From: Candidatus Thorarchaeota archaeon
GTDB lineage: Archaea; Asgardarchaeota; Thorarchaeia; Thorarchaeales; Thorarchaeaceae
Reading direction: 5' to 3'
Length of the DNA: 15,654 nt
Assembly (NCBI GenBank): GCA_020348985.1
Contig: CP070761.1
Coordinates: forward strand, 2,114,016 to 2,129,669
Shown here: piece after piece, positions 1-9,588 of the stretch
Numbering within the stretch: position 1 is the stretch's first letter
Layout: each line of letters starts with the position of its first letter
The notes under the pieces: model-generated
What the model was told of the DNA's origin: nothing
Databases searched by the model: none
What the model saw: the letters and a program-made list of their open reading frames with translations, nothing else
Position numbers and translations under genes: made by a program

Positions 1-3000
1 AATCTGTCGTTGACTGACCTTCTTGGTGCTGTTTACCTGTGGGCATCATATACAAGCACGAGTCCACTGCTCTGGGAGGATGCAGATTCACTTCCTGCTT
101 CGCAAGTCACGCTCACCAAGTATCTTTTCGACCTCTCAATTGCATCAAACGGCACGAACTTCCATCTCGATGAGATTGTGCACGTATGGGGCCAGCTGAC
201 GTATCAGCATAATGGTACAGAGCTGGCTGGCCAGCCTATCCGTATATACTGGACCAATTTGACTGGGCAGACTGTATTCCAGTGGTACACCACTAATCTC
301 ACAGGCTGGTTTGACTTCTACTATAACATCTCAATCTCCAATGATGCGCCGGGGTCAGTCAGCATATACGCTGAATTTGTATCAGGAAGTCAATGGTGGA
401 ATGACAGTAGTTCCTCTTCTCTGGGATTCAATCTGGACAGATACTCATTTGATCTGACAATCACAACTAACTTCCTGTGGTATTACCTAGATGAAGTCGT
501 CCAAGTTTCTGGACAGCTCACGTATCAGACCAATGGCACTGGGCTTGCATTCTGGCCGATTCGAATATACTGGGATTGGAACAATGGTACTCTGGTTTTC
601 TTTGATGGGCCCACAACAGACGGCTCAGGAAACTACAATTTCAACTATAATCTGACTCCAGGAGTCGACAATGAAGCCACAGTCACAATCTGGGCGGAAT
701 TTGCACATTCCAATCCACTATGGAATTATAGGGACTCGACAACCACAGACATCGATCTCTTCAAGCGAACATCAATACTGTTGATGATTCCGACACCGAA
801 TGTGTTGTACCTAAACGAGTCAATTACGTTCACAGCCTCGCTAATCCTTCAGAACACTACTCCGATTGTGGGGGCGCAAGTTTCGATCTGGTGGAACTTC
901 CTGAACGGCACAACTATCCGCATCACGACACAAGCCACAAACGGGAGCGGCATTGTTGAATGGCTCTTCTCCGGAATGGATGACTTTCCACCGGGTGCAT
1001 TTCTGGTATACGCAGACTGGGCTGGCGATGCTCTCATCAATGGCGATTCATCACCAGCACAAGGCGTCACGGTTCAGAGATGGGCCACTGATATCACAGG
1101 GTTCAGTACCGGTGGTGCCACTGACTATCGCCCAACAGAAACTGTTCCCATCACAGGCACCCTGAGATATGTCTCAGGTCCCACTCCGTATGGAGGTGTC
1201 TTGGTAAGGATCCTAGTCGAAGGATTCGAGGTAGGCACGGCTCCAACACAATCGGATGGATCTTTTTCATTCAACTGGTACATCCCTGCTGACACTACCA
1301 CAGGGGCCTACGATGTTACAGTCTCCTTTATCTCCAGTGTGAATTGGATCGCAGATTTCACAACTGCTCCGATAACACTAAACATAGACGCATTCGATCT
1401 GGATTCAAGCACGTTCATAGTAATTCCAGTAGTCCCGACTGTTCTGTATCTTGACGGCCAACTGAATATTTCCGGCATTCTGCAGCTCGACAATGGCACC
1501 TTCTACTCAGGTGCGGAAGTGTATCTATACTGGGACCACGCCAATGATGTAACTGGACCTCTTCTCATTCGTGTCACGCCTCTGATATCTGCAGGTGACG
1601 GAAGGTTCCAGTATGTGTTCACGCCAGATTCTGCAACTCCTCTAGGACTCGCAGATGTCTGGGCTGAAGTGACACCCGCCGAGGCATACATAACGCAATG
1701 GACGTCGCCTATCAGAGTGATAGACATTCAACAGATTCCGGTTAACCTAGTCTCAGACGCAAGTGATTTTCTCAGATATAGGGGAGACTCGCTGACCATC
1801 TTCGGTAACTTGACTTTTGCCAATGGTAGTGGCATGGATGGTTTCGATGTCATTCTTGAATGGGATGGAGTACCTACTGACAGAACTACAGTGACCGATG
1901 CCATCGATGGCTATTTCGAGTTCACTCTTAGTATCGCGTGGAACCAGGACCTTGGAATGATCACTTATCGAGTCATCTTTGATCGCCCTACAGTAGCTTT
2001 TGAGGCCGCGGAATATTCAGCACAGATTGAGATCAGAGACCTTGTAACCGTATATCTCGATACATCAAGTGTTACGTACGTGGTCCGTGGTAATGACCTA
2101 GTACTTACGGGCTTCATTGAGAACGCGAATGGTAATGTTCCAGGTGTACCTCTCGAGGCTTTCATAGATGGAAACCCCGAGATTACTGGAGCATCCTCTA
2201 GCGATGGCACTTTTCAACTGACTTTGCCAATAGATATTGCATACTCTGGAGGGTCACACACAATAACAGTAGATCTGCAGTCAGGATTCTACTATGAGGG
2301 CACCTCAGATTCCTTCACTATTGACTTCCGCATTGCTACAACTCTCGTCGTCCGTTTTGACCAGATAAGTGATGTCATGCCAGGAGAGAGATTCGGAGCT
2401 GTCATTTCACTGTTTGACGATCAAGGAGCTGCGGTTCCTGGAGCTATGTTGACCTTCTATCTCAATGGAACTGAAATCCAAGCTGTTGGCTCCATTGATA
2501 CCACAGGAACAAGTACGACGCAATTCGAAGTTGCTTCTAGCATAGACCAGCGCGGATTGTACGTTCTGGAGGCAAGTTTCGCAGGATTTGGAGACTATGA
2601 AGGCAACATAGCGGAGACTGCCGATTCAATCCACGTATTTACTGATGTCTATTTCGTGAACAATTCGCCACAAGCTGTCACGGTGGGCCAGACGCTCACC
2701 CTTCGGGGTCAGCTTCTTGACGCGCCCCTCGCCGAAGGAGGTATGCCCATAGTGCGTCGGTCCATTACTGTCAATCTCAATGGAACCGGCACTGCCAATC
2801 TAGTAACAGACTTAGACGGACAGTTCAGCCATGTCGTCGGGACAGTCCGTGATGATTTCGTAAGTTACAGTTTCTACGTCACATTGAATTCATTAGTGTC
2901 TTCAATTCAATCAGATTCATTTCAAATCGCATTACAAACAGGAGGTTTTCCGTTGCAATTAGGTGACTACTTACTACCATTTCTAGCGCTTGCAGGTGCA

Positions 3001-3414
3001 ATCGTGGTAGTCCTGCTCTACCTATACTTCGTCAAGGGAATGTTTCGGGGGCCGATTATCTCGCCCACGGTTGACATTCCTTCGAAGCTTCGTAACATAA
3101 AGAAGCTTGCAGATGCTGGGAAGTACAGTGCAGCTATAACACTAGCGTACCGTACATTTGAGCAGATGTGTGGGACGAAGATTGGGTCCGAGCGGTTACA
3201 CTCAGAGACAGCACGCGAATACATTGAGAGAGTGCTTAAGTCACTCCCATTGGATGCAGCGTCTGTCGAGGAGTTCGTGCAGGCCTATGAGGAGGCACGT
3301 TTCTCCGACCACGAGATAAACCGCGAGCGATATGAGCTAGCGATAAAGATCTTCACAGATCTATATCCACGAATAGAGAGAACTAGTGCTACAGTTCCGA
3401 CCGCAGAAACATAG
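1..3414 (+). CDS. Giant membrane-anchored surface glycoprotein (5'-partial) with tandem Ig/macroglobulin-like beta repeats, one C-terminal TM helix and a cytoplasmic DUF4129-like domain
   Basis: Frame 1 is open from base 1 (aat ctg tcg ttg...), so the true start is probably upstream of the window. About 9 repeats of ~100-120 aa with pattern (Y/F)xx(D/G)Exhxh(S/T)GxLx...NG..h.Gxxhxhxw. Many N-x-S/T sequons. TM segment YLLPFLALAGAIVVVLLYLYFV at ~2968-3033. C-terminal AITLAYRTFE...SETAREY...YEEARFS matches DUF4129 motifs. Confidence 0.85.
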   Translation, partial: NLSLTDLLGAVYLWASYTSTSPLLWEDADSLPASQVTLTKYLFDLSIASNGTNFHLDEIVHVWGQLTYQHNGTELAGQPIRIYWTNLTGQTVFQWYTTNLTGWFDFYYNISISNDAPGSVSIYAEFVSGSQWWNDSSSSSLGFNLDRYSFDLTITTNFLWYYLDEVVQVSGQLTYQTNGTGLAFWPIRIYWDWNNGTLVFFDGPTTDGSGNYNFNYNLTPGVDNEATVTIWAEFAHSNPLWNYRDSTTTDIDLFKRTSILLMIPTPNVLYLNESITFTASLILQNTTPIVGAQVSIWWNFLNGTTIRITTQATNGSGIVEWLFSGMDDFPPGAFLVYADWAGDALINGDSSPAQGVTVQRWATDITGFSTGGATDYRPTETVPITGTLRYVSGPTPYGGVLVRILVEGFEVGTAPTQSDGSFSFNWYIPADTTTGAYDVTVSFISSVNWIADFTTAPITLNIDAFDLDSSTFIVIPVVPTVLYLDGQLNISGILQLDNGTFYSGAEVYLYWDHANDVTGPLLIRVTPLISAGDGRFQYVFTPDSATPLGLADVWAEVTPAEAYITQWTSPIRVIDIQQIPVNLVSDASDFLRYRGDSLTIFGNLTFANGSGMDGFDVILEWDGVPTDRTTVTDAIDGYFEFTLSIAWNQDLGMITYRVIFDRPTVAFEAAEYSAQIEIRDLVTVYLDTSSVTYVVRGNDLVLTGFIENANGNVPGVPLEAFIDGNPEITGASSSDGTFQLTLPIDIAYSGGSHTITVDLQSGFYYEGTSDSFTIDFRIATTLVVRFDQISDVMPGERFGAVISLFDDQGAAVPGAMLTFYLNGTEIQAVGSIDTTGTSTTQFEVASSIDQRGLYVLEASFAGFGDYEGNIAETADSIHVFTDVYFVNNSPQAVTVGQTLTLRGQLLDAPLAEGGMPIVRRSITVNLNGTGTANLVTDLDGQFSHVVGTVRDDFVSYSFYVTLNSLVSSIQSDSFQIALQTGGFPLQLGDYLLPFLALAGAIVVVLLYLYFVKGMFRGPIISPTVDIPSKLRNIKKLADAGKYSAAITLAYRTFEQMCGTKIGSERLHSETAREYIERVLKSLPLDAASVEEFVQAYEEARFSDHEINRERYELAIKIFTDLYPRIERTSATVPTAET

Positions 3415-3424
3415 GTGAAATCGC

Positions 3425-4816
3425 TTGGGATGGAAAGAGACCCTTCAAGTTGTCCTCTTTGTACTGTCTTGGTTTCCAGTCGGCTTCTTGATTGGCTCGA
3501 CACTATTTGGTGTTGGAGGTACATATCCACAGGACTTCAGCATCTACAATGAGGAATACAATGGTCTCTCCGACTTCCGAACGCGACTTGAGACCGACCA
3601 ATACACTGTCCAGGCTATACAGTCGTCAATGAGCGTAGTCTCCAGGTATAATGGCAGTGCGGTTCTCGTCATCATGGGCCCTGTCAGGGATTTCAGCTTT
3701 GATGCCATACTGACGTTGACTTTACATCTGCAAGCAGGAGGTAGCGTGCTAATCGCAGACGATTTCGGGTCTGCCAACAGCTCATTCTACTGGTTCAATG
3801 AATACCTGATCAACTTCTTTGGTGGCGATCAACTAGCGGCATTCGGTGTTCAGGGCTTTCTATCCTATACAGGCGGCGTTCTATATGATCTAGACTCCTA
3901 CTATGAGAGTCCTAGATTACCTGTCATTCATGATTTTGATAGCCTCATGTATGGCAACATGTTCGGCCAAGGGGTCAATGCCCTTGGAGGGCTTCATCTA
4001 AACTGGGCATCAACTTTGAGTCCGCGATGTCTACTGGGAGCTGCCGGAGTTGGCTGGAGCACCGTTCGGGCATGGAGTGAGACAGATGTCAACTCCACAG
4101 ACCCGGTTCCTGATGACTATGAATGGGCCGGAAGACTGCCGGTAGCAGGAGCGATTGAGCTGGGTCCAGGCAGACTGTTTGCCATGAGTGACCCCAGCGC
4201 ATTCATGAATGACATGTGGCAAGAGTTCCCAGGCAATGAGCAGTTCGCAATGAACGTAATCAATTGGCTAACACATGGAGACACAAGTGTCCCAATACTC
4301 TTCTCAGAGCAGCTCCTAGTTCAGCCTTGGAATTCTGCAGAGCTGTTCTATGGGCTCTATTTGGGACGTGCGCTGTGGATGACAACCAACATCTTCATGG
4401 CACCCTTCTATCCCTTGACGACGGCGATTGGAATCAAGAAGTATCTCCCAGACATGAAGAAACCTGAAGTGAAGAGCGTTTCAGATGTATTCATGCGCCG
4501 TGGACAGACTTACTTCAGTGAACGAATGACGTATTATCGGACCGAAGGAAACTATGCACGAGTAATCAAAATGTTGTATCGTAAGTTGAGACGTGGGCTC
4601 AAACGTAAACATATGTGGCAGCAATATGACCCCAGGCGGCTTTGGGACTTGTACCGCTACAAGGACCCAAGCATGAAAGAAGGGGAATTCTTCAAGAAGA
4701 TCAAACGGATTGAGGAGATATCATCTGATCCCTCAATGAAGATCAAAGAATCAGAGATGATGGAGTTATTCTTCTGGATGAGAAATATCCAGGCTTTACT
4801 AATCGAATCAAAATGA
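3425..4816 (+). CDS. DUF4350-like (GIFT/GldG-related) membrane-anchored protein of MoxR operons
   Basis: TTG start 6 nt after AGGTGA (3413-3418, which overlaps the previous stop). N-terminal signal/TM. Motifs FSIYNEEYNGLSDF, LVIMGP, GGSVLIADDFG, GRLFAMSDPSAFMNDM and NEQFAMNVINWL are typical of DUF4350 proteins. Gene context next to MoxR and DUF58. Confidence 0.8.
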   Translation: MGWKETLQVVLFVLSWFPVGFLIGSTLFGVGGTYPQDFSIYNEEYNGLSDFRTRLETDQYTVQAIQSSMSVVSRYNGSAVLVIMGPVRDFSFDAILTLTLHLQAGGSVLIADDFGSANSSFYWFNEYLINFFGGDQLAAFGVQGFLSYTGGVLYDLDSYYESPRLPVIHDFDSLMYGNMFGQGVNALGGLHLNWASTLSPRCLLGAAGVGWSTVRAWSETDVNSTDPVPDDYEWAGRLPVAGAIELGPGRLFAMSDPSAFMNDMWQEFPGNEQFAMNVINWLTHGDTSVPILFSEQLLVQPWNSAELFYGLYLGRALWMTTNIFMAPFYPLTTAIGIKKYLPDMKKPEVKSVSDVFMRRGQTYFSERMTYYRTEGNYARVIKMLYRKLRRGLKRKHMWQQYDPRRLWDLYRYKDPSMKEGEFFKKIKRIEEISSDPSMKIKESEMMELFFWMRNIQALLIESK

Positions 4817-4837
4817 AATGAGGTGGAAGACAAAAAC

Positions 4838-5824
4838 ATGACATCAGAAGCAAATGGCCAAGGCCTTGGCGATCTGGGTCCGCCAATGACCATAGACGAA
4901 GTTCATGCGATGACCTCTGATATAATCAGAGAGTGTGGACGAATCATTGTAGGAAAGACTGACATCCTTCGTGATGTCCTAATCGCATTCCTATCAAACG
5001 GCCACGTGGTCCTAGAGGGTGTCCCTGGTCTGGCAAAAACCTACATGGCACGCACTTTTGCGTCCATTCTCGGTTGTGCCTTCAAGCGTATTCAGCTGAC
5101 AGTAGACACGCTGCCAGCAGACCTGCTTGGAAGTAACGTATTCAATCAGAAGACGGGAGAATTCTGGTTCCGTAAGGGACCCGTATTCGCTAATCTCGTC
5201 CTTGCTGATGAAATAAACCGTTGTCCTCCCAAGTCACAGAGTGCGTTGCTGGAAGTGATGGAGGAGCGACAGGTTTCAACCGAAGGAATCACAAGAAAGC
5301 TACCAGATCCGTTCCTGATCATTGCGACACAAAACCCCGTTGAACAGGAGGGAACGTATCCACTACCTGAGGCTCAACTTGACCGATTCATGTTCAGGTT
5401 GATCCTTGACTATCCGACAGGTAGTGAGGAGGCTGAGGTAATCCGAAGAAAGCATGTCGGAGAGGCAAGCGATCTCCGAGTCCTTACCGATCCTACTTTG
5501 CTAGTACGAATGCAGAACGCGTGTGCAACAGTGTTTCTTGAGGATGATATCATTAGCTACATACGTGACATCATAGTCCGAACAAGGAACGATCCACAGA
5601 TTTTGTTGGGCGGGTCTCCGAGAGCGTCACTTGTCTTGATGAATGCATCAAAGACCCGGGCCGCAATGCACGGACGTGACTATGTCGTACCAGAAGATGT
5701 CCGGAAGCTTTCGGTTCAGACGCTGAATCATAGGCTCATCCTGAAGCCTGAAGCCGAACTTGAGGGACTCACTGTCGATAGAGTTGCGGCAAAGATACTT
5801 GGTGAGATCGACTGTCCTAGGTGA
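4838..5824 (+). CDS. moxR: MoxR-family AAA+ ATPase
   Basis: Walker A variant GVPGLAKT, RIQLTVDTLPADLLG, Walker B VLADEINR, QSALLEVMEERQVS, ATQNPVEQEGTYPLPEAQLDRF, GGSPRAS. ATG 4838 is preferred over GTG 4823 because that GTG lies inside the SD GAGGTGG (4820-4826). Confidence 0.95.
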   Translation: MTSEANGQGLGDLGPPMTIDEVHAMTSDIIRECGRIIVGKTDILRDVLIAFLSNGHVVLEGVPGLAKTYMARTFASILGCAFKRIQLTVDTLPADLLGSNVFNQKTGEFWFRKGPVFANLVLADEINRCPPKSQSALLEVMEERQVSTEGITRKLPDPFLIIATQNPVEQEGTYPLPEAQLDRFMFRLILDYPTGSEEAEVIRRKHVGEASDLRVLTDPTLLVRMQNACATVFLEDDIISYIRDIIVRTRNDPQILLGGSPRASLVLMNASKTRAAMHGRDYVVPEDVRKLSVQTLNHRLILKPEAELEGLTVDRVAAKILGEIDCPR

Positions 5825-5860
5825 ATGCTACAGTGGCGATGCAGCAGGAGAAGATGTGAA

Positions 5861-7183
5861 GTGATCACACAAAGAGGCTTCCTAGTGATGTTTTCAGGGG
5901 TCCTCCTACTGGCAAGTGGGTTCAGTTTTGTAAACTGGTATTTGACGGTCATTGGCGTTTACCTTCTTGTCGGTCTAGTGGTCACGTTGCCTCTCTTTGC
6001 CATGACAGCGAATATTGCAGGCATTGAAGTAGAACGAGATGTGGACAAGACTCAAGTTTTCTCAGGAGATTTCCTAAGAGTCAAAGTCACAATCCACAAT
6101 AGGTCTCGCAGACACTTCGACTTCATCGAGGTGCATGACGCATATCCTGAAACCTGGATTTTGGCGATTGGCGAGAATTTCATGGCCTCTCGAATTGAAC
6201 CGGGCCGAAGCATAACCTTTTCCTACATACTGCAGGCAAGAATGCGAGGTCGATACGAGCTTGGGCCAACCAATGTCATAATGCGTGATCGCCTTGGTTT
6301 TCACTACTACACTCGTTCGCTTGTAGCGCCAACTGAGGTTTTAGTTTACCCAACCTGGAAGGATGTTCGACGGTTGGAGGCTCTTGGCAAGCAGCGACAG
6401 CTGGGTCTCATGTTTGGCTCTCATCGGACTAAGATTGTAGGTATGGGAACTGAGTTTGCGGGCTTTCGTGAGTACGTTCCAGGTGATCCGTTCAGGCTCA
6501 TTGACTGGAAAAGCAGTGCCCGAAGGGGAGAGATGGTTGTAAAGCAGTTCGAAATGGAAAAGAACGTGCAAATCGTATGCATGGTCGATACAAGCGGAAG
6601 CATGGGAAACGGCTATCCCGAGAATACAAAGCTGGAATATGCAATACGAGCTGCTGTGATGCTCACTCACATGGGACTTGAGAAGAACGATCTTGTGGGA
6701 ACCTGTGTGTTCTCTGATGGCGTCCATAGTTATGTGCCACCAGGTACTCTACAGACGCACATGTATGACGTCCTAGAAACGTTGGCTATGGCCGAACCAA
6801 AGGGCTGGAGCAACTTCGAGGCCGCAATAGACTATGTGGTACAAAGAACTCGAAAGAGAACGGTCTTCTTCTGGCTAACTGATCTAGAGGAGTCTCCAGC
6901 GCCGCTGCTAAATGCGATGAAGACCCTTGTTGCAAATGGGCATCGTGCTTTCGTCATAAGTCCCTTCGGACCTTGGTTTGAAGCTCCCGTCGGGCAGTTC
7001 GGGCCGGTCGAGAGGGTTCTGTCCGAGGCTGTCTCAGAAGAGCTCTGGGAGAGACGTGGGAAAATATCCCGCGCCCTTGCACGGTTTGGTATACCCGTTG
7101 TCAACGTTGGCCCTGAAGACTTCCTGCCCACAATCATTCGAATGTATGAACAGGCCAAACAGAAAGGAGTTGGTTTGGTGTGA
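5861..7183 (+). CDS. DUF58 / vWA-domain protein (MoxR partner) with two N-terminal TM helices
   Basis: EFAGFREYVPGDPFRLIDWKSSAR is the DUF58 signature; MIDAS-like DTSGSM; RGRYELGP. In-frame GTG 5861 follows purine-rich GGAGAAGATGTGA and is a more plausible start than ATG 5825. Confidence 0.92.
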   Translation: MITQRGFLVMFSGVLLLASGFSFVNWYLTVIGVYLLVGLVVTLPLFAMTANIAGIEVERDVDKTQVFSGDFLRVKVTIHNRSRRHFDFIEVHDAYPETWILAIGENFMASRIEPGRSITFSYILQARMRGRYELGPTNVIMRDRLGFHYYTRSLVAPTEVLVYPTWKDVRRLEALGKQRQLGLMFGSHRTKIVGMGTEFAGFREYVPGDPFRLIDWKSSARRGEMVVKQFEMEKNVQIVCMVDTSGSMGNGYPENTKLEYAIRAAVMLTHMGLEKNDLVGTCVFSDGVHSYVPPGTLQTHMYDVLETLAMAEPKGWSNFEAAIDYVVQRTRKRTVFFWLTDLEESPAPLLNAMKTLVANGHRAFVISPFGPWFEAPVGQFGPVERVLSEAVSEELWERRGKISRALARFGIPVVNVGPEDFLPTIIRMYEQAKQKGVGLV

Positions 7184-8589
7184 AGGTTGTAACGTGGATT
7201 CTTCGGATCCTCTCAACGGCGGCCTTCATTGGAATGTGCTACTTAGTATATACAATCATGGACGTGAACGGGGTCTGGGGATGGGCTGCTCCGTACGAGT
7301 TTGTTGTCACTGTCTTCCGCCTCCTATCCCTATTCTTCTTCTTTCTTACCATGATTCTCATGTACGGACTTTCTTCAATGTTCATGGGTGCACAAGGCGC
7401 TGACCAGATTGCGGTCAACATATACAACACACTGGTCCTTAGAATGTGGTACATGCAGCCCTATGGAGTAGACAGCCCAATCGTGAGTGTTGGTGAAGTA
7501 TTCTCGCGTTTTGGCCAGGATTTCGCTGTCATTCTTGACATTCTCTGGAACAATACCTTTCTTTTCCTATACTTCCTGTGTGCAGGCATTGGCGTGGCGC
7601 TCTTCCTCCAATCAATCTACCGACTTGAGCACAAGTTCGTCGGAGGTGCATTCGTCGCTATTCAGGCTATTCTGCTTATAGCGGCTGCTCAGAGCTACAT
7701 CATGGCAACAGTCTCGTACACACTTCCCGACTTTCCAAATGGCTTTCCATTAGATTTCGTCGCCTTTCTTGGAGGCCAAGTTCAAATCGTGGCACTTGTC
7801 TCGTTTGCATATCTTGAGATTAGTTACCAGATGATCTACAGCAACTCAGTCGGCAAGCCCGTAGAGGATAGAGAAGAGACTCTCAAGAAGCAGTTGCTTG
7901 CTCTTCGGCAGGCCACCAGAAAACAAGATGCTATTGAGAAGGGTGAAAAAGTCAGCACTACGGGAATGAGCCGATCTTCCGGGGCCATAGCATTCTCGTT
8001 CTTGAGAGAAGCCATCGAAAGAAAGGTAATTGGCAGCCAATCTGCTCTCGAGAACCTAGATGCTGTGGCAGATGTGAGAAGATTACAGATTTTCGTAGAC
8101 GAGCTGCTCTCTGCCGACCCAAATGCGCGAGATGAGCTCACTGCCAAAGCTGCGTCTCCTTCCAGTAGCTATGTAATTGGTTCGACAGTGTTGGGGTCAG
8201 TAATTCGTTTCACAAGTGTTGTTGCTGTCTCATTCATACTGATGAGCCCACTTGTTCTTCTGAGCGCAATGGATCTGCCCCCTGGAATAGCAAACAGTGT
8301 GGAGCTTGTTCAGCCAGAGATTGTGCTTCTGTTCCTAGTGCCAATCGTGCTGCTGTTTCCATTCGCTGCGTCTGTCATTGGCTGGATAACTGGACGAGAG
8401 GAGACAGAGGAAATCAAACTGACGAAAGAAGAGAAGGAAGAACTGAAGAAGAAGAAGAAGGAGTTTGAGCAGAGAAAGAAAGATGCTGCAAAGGCCAGGA
8501 AGGCACGAGAGACGGCCAGAAAGGAGCGAAAGAAGGAAGAAGAGGCAGATGAATGGGACAAGGCACTGGAAGAAATTTACCGTGGATAG
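7180..8589 (+). CDS. Uncharacterised polytopic membrane protein with a soluble helical middle domain and a Lys/Glu-rich C-terminal coiled tail
   Basis: GTGA start/stop overlap with the DUF58 gene. Roughly 7-8 hydrophobic segments, a charged mid-region (EDREETLKKQLLALRQ...) and a tail KEEKEELKKKKKEFEQRKK...EEEADEWDKALEEIY. Confidence 0.8.
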   Translation: MKVVTWILRILSTAAFIGMCYLVYTIMDVNGVWGWAAPYEFVVTVFRLLSLFFFFLTMILMYGLSSMFMGAQGADQIAVNIYNTLVLRMWYMQPYGVDSPIVSVGEVFSRFGQDFAVILDILWNNTFLFLYFLCAGIGVALFLQSIYRLEHKFVGGAFVAIQAILLIAAAQSYIMATVSYTLPDFPNGFPLDFVAFLGGQVQIVALVSFAYLEISYQMIYSNSVGKPVEDREETLKKQLLALRQATRKQDAIEKGEKVSTTGMSRSSGAIAFSFLREAIERKVIGSQSALENLDAVADVRRLQIFVDELLSADPNARDELTAKAASPSSSYVIGSTVLGSVIRFTSVVAVSFILMSPLVLLSAMDLPPGIANSVELVQPEIVLLFLVPIVLLFPFAASVIGWITGREETEEIKLTKEEKEELKKKKKEFEQRKKDAAKARKARETARKERKKEEEADEWDKALEEIYRG

Positions 8590-8595
8590 CCAGAC

Positions 8596-9588
8596 ATGGA
8601 GGAGAATGGCGTGCCCACAGTCTGTCTGAGCCATGGTGATTTGGATGGTATAACATCCGGTGCCTTGGGTCTACTAGCTTTTCCGGGTTCAGATTTCTAT
8701 TTCACTCGCCCATCTCAGATACATCAAGATCTTTATCGCATTGCAAAGGACAAGCCTGAATCCGTTCTAGTGAGCGACATTGCCGTAAACGAGAGCAGAC
8801 TGAACGACATTCTGAGGGCTATCAGCCGTTTTCCGGACGAATCCAAGGTTATTTGGGTAGATCATCACCCCTTGGGCGCAGCTTACAAACGCAAGCTGGC
8901 CCAAAAGATCGAGTTTGTCCACGAGATAGGGCATTGTGCCGCTGAACTTGTATACCGTCGTTTTGAGCAGAGTCTTCCTGAAAATGCCCTTCGACTTGCA
9001 CTCTACGGGGCAATAGGGGACTACTGTGATAGTACGCCGTTTGCCAAGACACACCTTGACGATTTCGACAAAAGGACTCTTTATCTCGAAGCGGGACTCC
9101 TTGTTCAGGCGCTTCAGGAAATTGACTACAGGCGAGAATCGAAAGATCTCGTCAGGCAGCTCTCGCTAGGCGTCGAGCCAAGCTCTATGAATGACATCGT
9201 GACTCTGGCCATCAAAGCCACGCGAATAGAACACGAAGTCTTCAGATACGTTAGTAAGAACGCTCGAAAGATGGGGCCTATTGGATACGTATTGGATATG
9301 CCAATAGGAGGATACAGAGGAAAGTCTGCCAAGTTTGCCGCATATGTTACAGACTCCAAGGTGGGAATCAGTGCTCGGTCTACTGATGATGATGAAGTGG
9401 ACATTAGTATGAGGATTCGTCGCTCCTCTGTCAACCTCAACCAAGCCCTCAACAAGGTCTTGTCTGGCATCCCGGGAGCTCATGGCGGGGGGCATCCTGC
9501 AGCTGCAGGAGCTAGCATGAGCAAGGTATCGTTCCCGAAGTTCCTACAGGAACTAGCGGAATTTGTAAACCGCGCATCAAAGAGCTAG
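8596..9588 (+). CDS. DHH-family phosphoesterase with DHHA1 domain (RecJ/NrnA-like)
   Basis: Motifs SHGDLDG, SDIA, VDHH, GAIGD, DISMR and GGGHPAAAGA occur in the canonical order. Confidence 0.92.
   Translation: MEENGVPTVCLSHGDLDGITSGALGLLAFPGSDFYFTRPSQIHQDLYRIAKDKPESVLVSDIAVNESRLNDILRAISRFPDESKVIWVDHHPLGAAYKRKLAQKIEFVHEIGHCAAELVYRRFEQSLPENALRLALYGAIGDYCDSTPFAKTHLDDFDKRTLYLEAGLLVQALQEIDYRRESKDLVRQLSLGVEPSSMNDIVTLAIKATRIEHEVFRYVSKNARKMGPIGYVLDMPIGGYRGKSAKFAAYVTDSKVGISARSTDDDEVDISMRIRRSSVNLNQALNKVLSGIPGAHGGGHPAAAGASMSKVSFPKFLQELAEFVNRASKS

Noticed and set aside
8395-8550. Purine-rich GAA/AAG low-complexity tract
   Set aside because: It is fully explained by the Lys/Glu-rich coding tail and is not an independent DNA repeat.
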